DNA from: Wickerhamiella versatilis
Taxonomy: Eukaryota
Length of the DNA stretch: 64,000 nucleotides
Assembly (NCBI GenBank): GCA_030867685.1
Contig: JAQOWU010000008.1
Coordinates: 4,526,001 to 4,590,000, forward strand
Direction: 5' to 3'
The notes under the pieces are model-generated. The model was not told the origin of the DNA. It did not search any database and was given only the letters and a program-made list of their open reading frames with translations. Shown here one piece after another: positions 11,864-21,972 of this stretch. Each line of letters starts with the position of its first letter. Within the stretch, counting starts at the first letter, position 1. The translations under genes were made by a program, and so were the position numbers.

Positions 11864-11908
11864 TGCAAAGCCCACTTCACTACCTGAGGCTGGACAATGC
11901 AAGATATC
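11864..11908 (+). repeat. Dispersed boundary site, tandem junction form
   Basis: TGCAAAGCCCACTTCACTACCTGAGGCTGGACAATGCAAGATATC. Confidence 0.9.
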
Positions 11909-11997
11909 ATTTTACTCAAGGAAGCTAATGACGGTCTCGTTACATAATTATCGCTTATATATGTAGCAGCGCTGGATCTCACGTCACTCGTTGTATC

Positions 11998-12876
11998 ATG
12001 CCTGGAAAAGTACTGAGATTGACTTTCCCATTGTGGCAAGGTGGTGACATGCCTGCATATCATGTAGGAAGTCTCATATTGGCGGCTTTGGCGCCACCTT
12101 CGACGTCTGTAAAGGATACAGTTCCTGTCCCTACACCTCCCGAAGACGGTGCTCCCCGGCCTAAGCAAGACGGACTAGTATCCCGGAATGACGTGTTAAA
12201 AATTCTAGAGAACGCGAGGGACACAATTTCAAAGCACAATCCCTCGAAAATAGTTACATTGGGTGGGGATTGCCTTGTTTCTCTTGCACCTTTTTCATAC
12301 CTCCATGAGCAATATCCTGAAGATTTAGCCGTTTTATGGATTGATGCCCATCCGGATATTTCAATTCCCAGTGTCTATGACCATACTCATGCACACGTGG
12401 TTTCCTCTCTGATTGGAGTAAAAGGATCGGATCCAGGATTAGCCGGCTCAGTGAAGTTAAAGTTTAAAGCTAAGGATGTTCTTTACGTGGGAATGCATGA
12501 CCCCTTCCCTCAAGAAGCCGAGCTTCTTGATGATAACAAGTTGAAGTCGGTTACTCCTAAGGATCTTGAATATTCTGTACAAGCAGTTGTTGACTGGTTG
12601 AAAGCTACGGGGAAGAAACATGTGGCAGTGCATTTTGACGTCGATGTCATGGACCCTAAGCTTTACGATTTCCTTTATTATAATAACCCTGATCTTGCTC
12701 CGGGAGCATTGGATGGGTTGGCGCAGGGACAAGTTAGTTTTGAAAAGGTTGCTGAGGTAATTCAGGCGGTTAGCAAAGTATCTGATATTGTTGGTCTGAG
12801 TATTGCAGAATTTCTGCCATGGAGTATGGTTAAGTTTGCGGAGAAACTTAGAACACTTCCTCTTCTCACTGAGTGA
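11998..12876 (+). CDS. Arginase/ureohydrolase family protein, bacterial-like
   Basis: LRLTFPLWQGG N-terminus; LGGDC, WIDAHPD and HFDVDV metal-binding motifs. Confidence 0.9.
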   Translation: MPGKVLRLTFPLWQGGDMPAYHVGSLILAALAPPSTSVKDTVPVPTPPEDGAPRPKQDGLVSRNDVLKILENARDTISKHNPSKIVTLGGDCLVSLAPFSYLHEQYPEDLAVLWIDAHPDISIPSVYDHTHAHVVSSLIGVKGSDPGLAGSVKLKFKAKDVLYVGMHDPFPQEAELLDDNKLKSVTPKDLEYSVQAVVDWLKATGKKHVAVHFDVDVMDPKLYDFLYYNNPDLAPGALDGLAQGQVSFEKVAEVIQAVSKVSDIVGLSIAEFLPWSMVKFAEKLRTLPLLTE

Positions 12877-13140
12877 AGGGATGGCGGTGTGTGTGCATAC
12901 GAACTTATATGTCAAGTTACTTAGGACCCGATACCTTGAGAAGTAAACCTTTAAAGAAGGAGAGGGAAAGGCCGAAAAATTCCCATAGGCGCGGCGCAGT
13001 AGATTTTCAGTTACTTGAGTGTATAATATCGTTCTCTTATTAACGTTACCTCGTCGATTTGAGATATCAGTCTTGAACGCTATGATAACGAAACATAAGG
13101 CCTCATTCTACATAGTATTATTCTTAAGTTCTTTGCAATA

Positions 13141-13162
13141 GGCTGGAAATTGTAAGATAGCC
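13141..13162 (+). repeat. Dispersed boundary site, partial
   Basis: GGCTGGAAATTGTAAGATAGCC. Confidence 0.7.
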
Positions 13163-13416
13163 ATCCCAGGTGTTGTTCCCATTTTAGAAGATATGTATAT
13201 TCTGATGTTTGTTTTGGTCCATGTATAACAGACAAAATCTGTGCCTTAAACCCTAATATGTCAGGGGAGCACAGAACCTACATGGGATAATATACGTAAT
13301 CAAGATTGCCTATATTTTCTTCTTTTGAAATAATAGCCTTATCTGCAAGGCTCTGGTCATTATTTTCTTGCACAGGCTCACATGGCCACCGTATAACCTT
13401 AAGTGAAACTCCCTGT

Positions 13417-13444
13417 CTATCTTGCATGTTGAACCTCAGATAGT
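13417..13444 (-). repeat. Dispersed boundary site, inverted, shortened centre
   Basis: CTATCTTGCATGTTGAACCTCAGATAGT on + strand. Confidence 0.7.
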
Positions 13445-13633
13445 AAAACTGACCTCTCGCACCACACTCTCGGATAAATAAGATAATATCAAGAATAATA
13501 TATTGTTATGCTAAATATGAATTTATTGTTTTATCGTTCGCCGAAGTTACATTGTTAATGTGGCGTTCAAGTCGTAAAGATTCCAACAGCGCAAAAAAGT
13601 TCAAATTTATCTGAAATTTCTCCAATCAAGGTC

Positions 13634-14239
13634 TTACCGTCTATTCATGCTTGATTTGATATCATCGTGCTTCTCATGAGTTTGCATATGGATCTTTAAG
13701 GAACCTTTCTGTACGAAATTCCTAGAGCATGCGTTGCACCTGTATGGGCGAATATCAAGATGGATGCACAAATGTCGTGTAAGATCGCTTTTTCTTCGAA
13801 ATTTCTTCCAGCATATCGCACAACCGTATGTGTTACCTTTCGTGAGATGTGATAATTGGAGTCTTTCTAGGAACTCCAATTTGTTATCTAATGTACTTCC
13901 AGAACAGCTCCATACATCCTTGAATCCCATCTGCTGACTTGCGTTCTGTTGCTCACCGCAAAAGCGTGTGAATCCTCCTTGACCTACCCGTTCAGCTTTC
14001 GGCACAGTATACCTCCAGAAGTATGGAGATTGAGGCCCACATTTTTCCTCTTGTAATGTATTATGCTTTGGATAATGCGAGGAGATGGTCCTATTGTATG
14101 GCAGAAGCCCCGCTGGTGTCTCTTTGGACGGTTTAAGGTAGCCTCCTCGACCCCCCCTAAAAGAAGGACTTGCATCCCTTTGGACGGTGTATTCTTCCCC
14201 CTGTGAAGGAAAATTATGAACTATTCGAGACAGATCCAT
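13634..14239 (-). CDS. C2H2 zinc-finger protein with two fingers
   Basis: CAICWKKFRRKSDLTRHLCIH and CNACSRNFVQKGSLKIHMQTH. Confidence 0.8.
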   Translation of the reverse strand: MDLSRIVHNFPSQGEEYTVQRDASPSFRGGRGGYLKPSKETPAGLLPYNRTISSHYPKHNTLQEEKCGPQSPYFWRYTVPKAERVGQGGFTRFCGEQQNASQQMGFKDVWSCSGSTLDNKLEFLERLQLSHLTKGNTYGCAICWKKFRRKSDLTRHLCIHLDIRPYRCNACSRNFVQKGSLKIHMQTHEKHDDIKSSMNRR

Positions 14240-14611
14240 TATACAAATTCCAGCTGGCTGGCTAACAAGCCAGATGATATAACCATACCCACGGAACGGA
14301 CGTTATGCCCACCGACCATGACTAATTTTCATATCTCATTGAAGATCTCGCAACTATGAATAGTATTTTTTTTCAGATCCTTTAGAACATAGATAAGTAC
14401 ATCTAAGAGCCCAGGATCATGATAAAAAAAGTAACAATCTTATTTTATTGAATGTAGTTCATTTCCACGCATTAGTAAACGGCACTTCGTATCCATTGTC
14501 GTATTGGGCTAGGAGCAGTTACTCCAAAAATCAGATTTGCCTCTTTCAACTATGCTAATACCTACCAATGACATTGGTTGGACATCGCAAGTCGGCCACA
14601 CAATATATTTG

Positions 14612-14690
14612 CCGAACCGAAATATGCAGATAGATTTACCCGAACCGAAATATGCATACAGAATTAACCGAGCCGAGATGGGCATACGCA
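14612..14690. repeat. 28-bp tandem repeat, about 3 copies, CCG-rich
   Basis: CCGAACCGAAATATGCA at 14612 and 14640; degenerate CCGAGCCGAGATGGGCA at 14668. Confidence 0.85.
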
Positions 14691-15031
14691 GCCCAGACTG
14701 TCCCTTATCATAGTTTCACGTAGATTTTTTATCTCTTTCCTTATGTATTGAGTATTATGGCCTAATGTGCCAAAGTTTGCTTGGCGATATGTCGCCTACA
14801 ACCATCGTGATCACTAAGTATGTTGTCAAACATTACTTTTTGCAGCCGTCGCCCTGAGTCTAGCAAGTTGCATATTATTGTAATAATTTGATCCTGCCGT
14901 AGTATAGTAATGCTACCAAGTGTGGCCGCAACATGAGGTCTTCCGTGAATTTGCGTTATGCTAATATGATCATACAAAAGAGTATTTTTAGTGCCAAACA
15001 TTGATAAACGTATAATTAACCATCCATAACA

Positions 15032-15068
15032 CCTACCCGGCTCCCACAATGCAAGATATCCCACTCCA
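15032..15068 (+). repeat. Dispersed boundary site
   Basis: CCTACCCGGCTCCCACAATGCAAGATATCCCACTCCA. Confidence 0.78.
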
Positions 15069-15215
15069 ACTGTAGCTTTACCAGGCTCTCAATAGCCTAT
15101 ATCGCCTATCCGGAGGGAAACCCTGTGACCTGCTGAGTATGTTGGTAATTGATTTTGAGTAATGAGTATACGTTTGATAGAAAAGAATTCATTAGTTATA
15201 AGTATTTATTTACCA

Positions 15216-15246
15216 TGGGCTATCTTGCATTGTCCAACCAGTTTCG
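15216..15246 (-). repeat. Dispersed boundary site, inverted, next to the RPS27 copy
   Basis: TGGGCTATCTTGCATTGTCCAACCAGTTTCG on + strand. Confidence 0.92.
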
Positions 15247-15254
15247 AAGACACA

Positions 15255-15452
15255 ATGGTTCTCGCTGTGGATATTTCGAACCTTTTGTCTGCATCTGAGG
15301 CTCACAATCACAAATTGAAGACCCTTGGCACTCAGCCACGCAGCAATTTCCTTGATATGAAATGCCAAGGCTGCCTGAACATCCCCGCCGTGTTCTCCCT
15401 CGCCCAGACCGTGGTAACCTGCGGCTCCTGCGCTACTGTTCTTTGCCAGCCC
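15255..15452 (+). pseudogene. RPS27: Diverged, 3'-truncated, intronless copy of 40S ribosomal protein S27
   Basis: MVLAVD...SEAHNHKLKTL..PRSNFLDMKCQGCLNI..VFS.AQTVVTCGSCATVLCQP; the conserved TGGKA..L..G.SFRRK tail is missing. Confidence 0.88.
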
Positions 15453-15690
15453 AGATCAGTTCCAAGCTATAATTGGGCTATTCCGCTTAATTTAACCGGT
15501 ACCAGGTGATGGCTTCGAAAAGGTGACGGCGATTACGTGTACTGGGATCAAATCCGCCTTTATCAACCTCCGGGTTTGGTTATGTTTTGATTAGTATGAA
15601 TATATGTACCGGGAGATTTCGCAAATTTGCGACATGATATATATTATATATTATTGAATGTTTGTAGATTAGCAAAGGTAAATTTTTGAC

Positions 15691-16953
15691 ATGTCGACAA
15701 ACGCTTGGAAGCCACTGGACGTTGCAGTATTAGGCGGGGGACTCGGTGGACTTGCCGCTGCAATTGCAATGAGAAGAGGGGGACATAACGTCTCCATCTA
15801 TGAACGTCATGACTATGCGGGAGAAGTGGGGGCATCTCTTTCTTGTGCTTCTAATGGGGGAAAGTGGCTGCACGAATGGGAAGTGGACCCTTATGAAGCC
15901 AGGCCTGTCATCTTGAAGGACTTAATCAGGCACGACTGGCAAACTGGTGAAGAGCACGGTGTTTACTCCCTAGGTGATTACCAAGAAATTTTTGGGTATC
16001 CGTACTATAACTTTCACAGAATTGACATCCACAATGTTTTGAAAAACTACGCTATCTCTCAGGACGGAAAAGGGAAACCTTGCAAGCTTATCCTCAACCA
16101 TAAAGCGATTGATGTTGATTGCGAAACTGGGCACGTGAGGTTCGAAAATGGCAATGAGACCACTGCTGATCTGATTATTGCAGCCGACGGGATCAGAACA
16201 TTAACTAAACCACAACTGGGTATTATACCTAAGGTAAGAAACCAAGATTCCTCGTGTATCAGAATTTTGTTTGACACTAAAAAGGTGAAGGAGTTGGGAC
16301 TTACAGACTTTTCTGAAAATGCTGCAATCCAGTTTTGGGGCGGTAATGATAAGAGCAAAATCGTATTATCACCTTGCTCTAGTAAGAGGGTGATCTCTTG
16401 CTACTGTTTTTATCCTGCAAACCCAGATGATGTGAAGGATGGTTGGCATAATGAGATTTCTCTCCAACAACTATTGGATTCTGTCCCTGGATTGGATCCT
16501 AGGTTGTTAGAACTATTTGTGAAATGCGGGTACGACATAAGGCAATGGCGATTATATGTTCATGAGCCGTTACCTTACTTCTATAAGACCAGCTCCGATT
16601 GCATGAAAGGTGTTGTTTTGTTGGGTGATGCTTGTCACCCAATGATGCCCGATCAGTCTCAAGGTGCCTGTGCTGCGTTTGAGGATGCTGGTGCTCTTGG
16701 TTACATATTTTCGAAGAAATTTAATTTTTCTATTGCACAGGGGCTGAAGCTTTATGAACAAGAAAGGAAACCACGGGTAACCAAGATACAGCAAGCTTCC
16801 TTGCGTGCGAGGGAAAACCTCAATGAACGGATTGGTTGGAGTTCAAAAGCCGATGGACTCAATAAGGAGGATAAACTGACGATTGAAGAGGTCTGTGGTT
16901 ACGATATGAAAGCACACATAGACAAGCTTGTGCAAGAGTCATCATCTACTTGA
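15691..16953 (+). CDS. FAD-dependent monooxygenase, salicylate hydroxylase-like
   Basis: GGGLGG, ADG and LGDACHPMMPDQSQGA motifs. Confidence 0.92.
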   Translation: MSTNAWKPLDVAVLGGGLGGLAAAIAMRRGGHNVSIYERHDYAGEVGASLSCASNGGKWLHEWEVDPYEARPVILKDLIRHDWQTGEEHGVYSLGDYQEIFGYPYYNFHRIDIHNVLKNYAISQDGKGKPCKLILNHKAIDVDCETGHVRFENGNETTADLIIAADGIRTLTKPQLGIIPKVRNQDSSCIRILFDTKKVKELGLTDFSENAAIQFWGGNDKSKIVLSPCSSKRVISCYCFYPANPDDVKDGWHNEISLQQLLDSVPGLDPRLLELFVKCGYDIRQWRLYVHEPLPYFYKTSSDCMKGVVLLGDACHPMMPDQSQGACAAFEDAGALGYIFSKKFNFSIAQGLKLYEQERKPRVTKIQQASLRARENLNERIGWSSKADGLNKEDKLTIEEVCGYDMKAHIDKLVQESSST

Positions 16954-17084
16954 GACTAGGCAATAAAATGTATTCAGTCTAGTTTAACCTGACCTATTCC
17001 ATAAATTCTTAAAAGGGTCAGCAGAATATGGATAATTGTCAACTGCACAGGCGAAGCACTAATCATAGTGGGCTATTCTATTAC

Positions 17085-18116
17085 TTATGTAAAAGATAGT
17101 AGCTGGGTGGTTAAGTCGAGCACACTAGAGTCCAATTTTCTATATGGTATTTCAAAAACTCTTATTCCTTTTGAAGAGTCTGTGGTATAATGTGTGCTCG
17201 AAAGTCTTGCCCCAGGGCTTCCTAAAGGAATTCGATTGGCTAACTCGGCCGGAAGATTCGCATGTAAGATGTCAGCAATCTCCTGATTATCATAATCTCC
17301 AGCCGAGAGCAAAAAGCGTTGGTTTGATGCTTCCTTCCTCGTCAACGCAGAAATATGATATTTAGCTACATCGCGAACGTCGACCCATACAGGATTTTTT
17401 GTGGGAGGTAGCTCTGATCCAGCTGAGAAAAGTAGGTTCGAAATAATCTTGTTGCTGAAGTTCAATTCCTTTAGAGAGCTGATAAGTTTCGTGGAGTAGA
17501 GAGGTCCAAACACCATAGTCGGACATAGAACGCATAAGTCGAAATGTGGAGAATTTTCCTCTATGAAATCCCAAGCGGCTTTTTCTGCAATGGTCTTCGA
17601 AGCACGATACGCCACGGCTGGATTATCAGTCTTGACTCCATCCTCCCATGTCAAAGGACTATAGTTATCTTCAGTTATTACGGCTCCTGGCTGAAGCCCC
17701 AGGTTAGCATCGTATATTGCCGCAAATGAAGATGTCAACACGAGCCTCTTCACCGTATGATTGGCGTAAGCGGCTTGCATGACAGCTTCAGTGCCTCTTA
17801 ATGCTGGCATGAGTAAGTCTTTTAAGTAGTCCTTCACAGCGAAATTAAAAGGTGATGCCAGGTGAAGCACTCTAGTACAACCAGCCATGAGGGCGACCAG
17901 TTCGTGGTAGTTCGTGATATCAGATGTAACAGCTGGCTCAATCAAGTGTCTTTTATCCGCTGGAACACTGTTTTCTAGCTTCAAATATTTTTCCATCGTT
18001 CTTGATTGAGCTTTCACCTTGTACCCCTGTTCCAAAAGGAGACCTACGCAGTGGGCACCGATAAAGCCAGTAGCTCCAGTAACAAAAACAACTTCCGAGG
18101 TATCTGAAACCACCAT
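17085..18116 (-). CDS. NADPH-dependent aldehyde/ketoreductase, GRE2/ARII-like extended SDR
   Basis: VTGATGFIG, HLASP, TSSFAA, YRASK, VDVRDVA. Confidence 0.92.
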   Translation of the reverse strand: MVVSDTSEVVFVTGATGFIGAHCVGLLLEQGYKVKAQSRTMEKYLKLENSVPADKRHLIEPAVTSDITNYHELVALMAGCTRVLHLASPFNFAVKDYLKDLLMPALRGTEAVMQAAYANHTVKRLVLTSSFAAIYDANLGLQPGAVITEDNYSPLTWEDGVKTDNPAVAYRASKTIAEKAAWDFIEENSPHFDLCVLCPTMVFGPLYSTKLISSLKELNFSNKIISNLLFSAGSELPPTKNPVWVDVRDVAKYHISALTRKEASNQRFLLSAGDYDNQEIADILHANLPAELANRIPLGSPGARLSSTHYTTDSSKGIRVFEIPYRKLDSSVLDLTTQLLSFT

Positions 18117-18766
18117 GTCCTACACCTAAGTTTTGCGAAAAGGTTCTCAGTCAATAATATCAATGATGAAATGACGTTATCCAAGCTGATAGCCGAATTA
18201 CCGCAATGCCGATAATTTGCCGAAATTTGCGACAACCGGTACATTTAGCTATTTACGAATATTATCTCGCTGTATAACGTAATGCATCTGAAATCAAATT
18301 GTTCAACCATACTACGTTTAGAAATGCTAAATTTCTATCTCAAGTACTAATACAATCTAGTAATGGCGTGATCGGGGTAAGACTGGTTTCTCTGTTGTGC
18401 GTGGTTGGATAAAGTGGAGACTGGTGTGCCGTTGAAGAAGCCAATAGGGCAGCGTTTAATGTGATAAGTAGAGCATAATCGTTGAGCATGAAGAAATAGA
18501 AAAGTTCTAAAATGCCAATATCTGGGGTCATGGGATACGATTTCTGCTGTGAACACCGACTTATCTATGCGGGGTGAATAGAATAGATAAATTATTAGCT
18601 GTTATAGCTTAATAGTTATTTATACTTTCTGCAACCTGTGGGATATAATGCGATTTAGACCACTTTTATCCTAGAGAGTAAACACTATTGAGCTCTGGCT
18701 AGTTATATAGACATCAAATCAGGACACCCATCGTTAGAATTTCTAGATGTAGCTGTAAATAATTAT

Positions 18767-19822
18767 TTAAGCAAAAGTCTTTATAGTGCCGTGGGCTAGC
18801 GCTATCTCCAAAGCCGTGTACTTGATATAGTCACTCGCTTGCCAGAGGTAACTATCCATGTGTTGGAATGGATGGGGGACACCTGGATATCGCTTGAACA
18901 CAAGTTCATTCCCGTTTTTCAGTAGTTTCGAAGCGTATGCCTCTCCCTCGTCCCTCATGGGGTCGCATCCAGCTGTTACTATCATTGTCTTGGGTAGGCC
19001 TTTAAAGTTCGGTGCATTGAGCACGTCTTTAAGCCATCCAATTTCTTCAAGCTTTTTGGCCTTCTCTGTCTTGTCCTTCGGTAGTGTCTCCCACTTCATG
19101 GTGTCAAAATATTTTATTCCAGCCCAGTTTAAAGTGGGTGCGAATTCCAACTCTCTGACGGACTCATACGGAGAGTCCTGGGCTGTTTCATAGGTTTCAA
19201 CATCATCGACTTGTGGAGTACCAGCAACGCAAAGGACAATTGGTATTCCATGGTCTCTTGCGAGGTGGGACACGATAAAAGCAATATTGCCCCCAACAGA
19301 CACGCCACCGATAGAAATTGAGTCTTTTTTAATCTTCATGGATTCTGAGTTGTCATATAGGTATTTTAATGACGAAAAGCAATCGTAGATATATGTGGGG
19401 TAAGCAAAATCGGGCAACAGCCTATATTCGACATCTACTACCGCGACACGAGCCAACTCGGCATAGTGGCAGAGTACGTGCTTTTCTGTTTCCAGATCAC
19501 CCAAGCCACCGCCACCTCCGTGGAAGTCAATGTGCACGGGAAGAACCTCGTCAGCTTGTGCAGCATTGGGTCTATACACTCTCATTTTGACCTCCGCGCC
19601 ATCAAATGAAGGAAACATCAGCTCCTCAACACTCTCGAGTTCAGGATAATCAGCAGTACCGTATAAGTAGAGCTTGGAGTATAAGGATCTGAGTTGATAA
19701 ACATCAAGGGGTTTATTGGGTTTGTGTGCCAGATGCTCATTGTACATCTGGACAAACACAGGATCCAACTTAGGCAATACATCTGGATGGATTGGGTTCA
19801 CAGCTGCTTTTTTTTCAGTCAT
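18767..19822 (-). CDS. HSL-family lipase/esterase (abhydrolase_3), cytosolic
   Basis: HGGG, GVSVGG, CDPMRDEG, GVPHPF. Confidence 0.9.
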   Translation of the reverse strand: MTEKKAAVNPIHPDVLPKLDPVFVQMYNEHLAHKPNKPLDVYQLRSLYSKLYLYGTADYPELESVEELMFPSFDGAEVKMRVYRPNAAQADEVLPVHIDFHGGGGGLGDLETEKHVLCHYAELARVAVVDVEYRLLPDFAYPTYIYDCFSSLKYLYDNSESMKIKKDSISIGGVSVGGNIAFIVSHLARDHGIPIVLCVAGTPQVDDVETYETAQDSPYESVRELEFAPTLNWAGIKYFDTMKWETLPKDKTEKAKKLEEIGWLKDVLNAPNFKGLPKTMIVTAGCDPMRDEGEAYASKLLKNGNELVFKRYPGVPHPFQHMDSYLWQASDYIKYTALEIALAHGTIKTFA

Positions 19823-20212
19823 TATATTCGGGAAGTAAGCTTGGCTTGAGGGTGTGAGGGGCTAAAGCAATCTCTCATAGATTACGTAGATTAAATAGGT
19901 TCGCCATCGGAAAGTAAGCAGTTAGTTAGATACCGGTATGTTTTGAACTGTTGCGATGACCAAGGTTACGATACAATTGATAGCGGCGAACCTAAAAATT
20001 ACTATACCTTTGATAAAACTTCTTTTTCAGTAGATGCATGTATATGAGTGTATACCTATAGTGAAGTGGGCCATAAGGTTGCAGAGTTCATCGGCAGATT
20101 TTGAACTATTGCGATAGATCTTCGTTAGGCCTCCGTGGATTAGATAACGCACATAAATAGATTAGCATTCAACTAGTCGATTGAACTTGTATTTTCACCG
20201 AAGGACTTTTTT

Positions 20213-21409
20213 ATGGCAAGGTCAATGAAAGTACTCATTAGCGGTGCAGGTGTTGTTGGACTCTTGACTGCACAGGCTCTCAAAGCCAGAAACATCGACT
20301 TCGAGATATTCGACAGAGATGCCGATGTGAAATTTAGGGAAAATGCTGGATGGGCCATAACATTGCATTGGGCGCTCGATACTATATTAGGATTGGTACC
20401 ACCGGAGCTCGCACAAGAAATATATAACGCTCAAGTGCGTCCAAACTTCCACCTTCACGACACAGGGAGGTTCAAATACATCAATGCTACCAATGGTAAT
20501 ACTATACTTTCAGTCCCACCAGCTAAAAGATTGCGAGTAAGGCGCGAACAAATCAGGAGGATACTGCTGAAGGGCATCGATGTTAACTGGAATTGCTACC
20601 TCACGGAGATAACCGAAAGAAGTGACGGAATCACGGTCACCTGTGCTTCTGGCAAAACTTTTGAAGGTGATGTACTTTTGGGCTGTGATGGATCGAATTC
20701 GGCGGTGAGGAAAATACTTTGTGGGGAGGAGCAAGGACGCTTAAACCAGTTACCCCTAAGGTTCTGTGGGGCAAAGGTACAACTATCCGGAGAGGAGATG
20801 GAAAATATTGCAACTCGCTTTGATCCACTCTATTTCCAGGGAACAACTCCTACCAATGAAACGTTTATTTTCTTCTCTACGCTTGCGACTCCGGCTTACA
20901 CAAATGAGGACGATGTCTACTATGCTCAAGTTAACTTGTCCTGGAAAGTCGGCGACGCTGAAGAGCCATTCAAGACTAGCGAAGACAAAGCTGCTGCCCT
21001 GTTGAAACATGCAAGTGATCTACACCCTGAACTTCATGACCTGGTAGTTAGGGCAACTCGTGACCCACAGAAACTGGTGGAGATAAAGTTAGCAGATTGG
21101 TCTCATGTTCAATGGGATACCAGGAACTACAGAATTTTGCTCCTTGGAGACGCAGCTCATGCAATGACTATGTACCGAGCTAATGCTGCTAACCATGGAA
21201 TTGCCGATGTGGCGGATTTGATGAAGCAGATTGACCAGTACCAAGCAGGGGCAATATCGTGGGATGAAGCGGTAACTAACTACTGCAAGATAATGAGAGC
21301 TAGAGCGAGAGAAGCTGTCCTTCTGTCTCGCCAGGCGTGTATGGATGCCCATGAGTTCTCTAAGATTCGTAGCGACTCGGACTCTCCTTTGTTATGGTTA
21401 GACTATTGA
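20213..21409 (+). CDS. FAD-dependent monooxygenase
   Basis: ISGAGVVG, GCDG, LGDAAHAM. Confidence 0.9.
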   Translation: MARSMKVLISGAGVVGLLTAQALKARNIDFEIFDRDADVKFRENAGWAITLHWALDTILGLVPPELAQEIYNAQVRPNFHLHDTGRFKYINATNGNTILSVPPAKRLRVRREQIRRILLKGIDVNWNCYLTEITERSDGITVTCASGKTFEGDVLLGCDGSNSAVRKILCGEEQGRLNQLPLRFCGAKVQLSGEEMENIATRFDPLYFQGTTPTNETFIFFSTLATPAYTNEDDVYYAQVNLSWKVGDAEEPFKTSEDKAAALLKHASDLHPELHDLVVRATRDPQKLVEIKLADWSHVQWDTRNYRILLLGDAAHAMTMYRANAANHGIADVADLMKQIDQYQAGAISWDEAVTNYCKIMRARAREAVLLSRQACMDAHEFSKIRSDSDSPLLWLDY

Positions 21410-21972
21410 TATTAATGGAATTAGGTTCATCATCTTTTAATAAGGTCCTGGATCCTATGTTGGTATGCTCAAAGTGGTGGAAGTAAGGTGATATGGGTAA
21501 TCTATGGTAGTGAAGTGTATTAAAAATGCCTCTAATGGCCACTCAGTGAGCTCTATATACATAGGGATATCTGAGTGAGGATAGATCTTATTGCTATGAA
21601 ACAAAAATTTATTGCTCAACGCCCATCAGGGACTTACAAGAATTGCTACATGCCATACTGCACAAGAATAATGTAGAGTATGACTTTTCCATAAACAGCA
21701 GAAAACTTTTTATGTTCAATTTATTGCCTTATCATGTTCTAATGGATAGCCGAATTATATACCGGAGACTTTACGCATTTCCCCAGTTATTAACGTTAGT
21801 CTACACTTATTAAGGGATCGTCTGAAACGTCACCACAACGCTATTGTCGCAACTTTGATAAACATTCCGAACCCTGCTGATATCCGAGAGTTTATCTCAT
21901 TTGCAACCATATTGTCTCTACTCACTGGATAGCACATTCACACCATAGTTTGGTAACAATATTCTTTACAAC

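Noticed and set aside
15162-15509. 115-aa ORF as a genuine extended RPS27
   Set aside because: The N-terminal part is translated boundary-site DNA and the C-terminus is non-homologous; treated as a pseudogene
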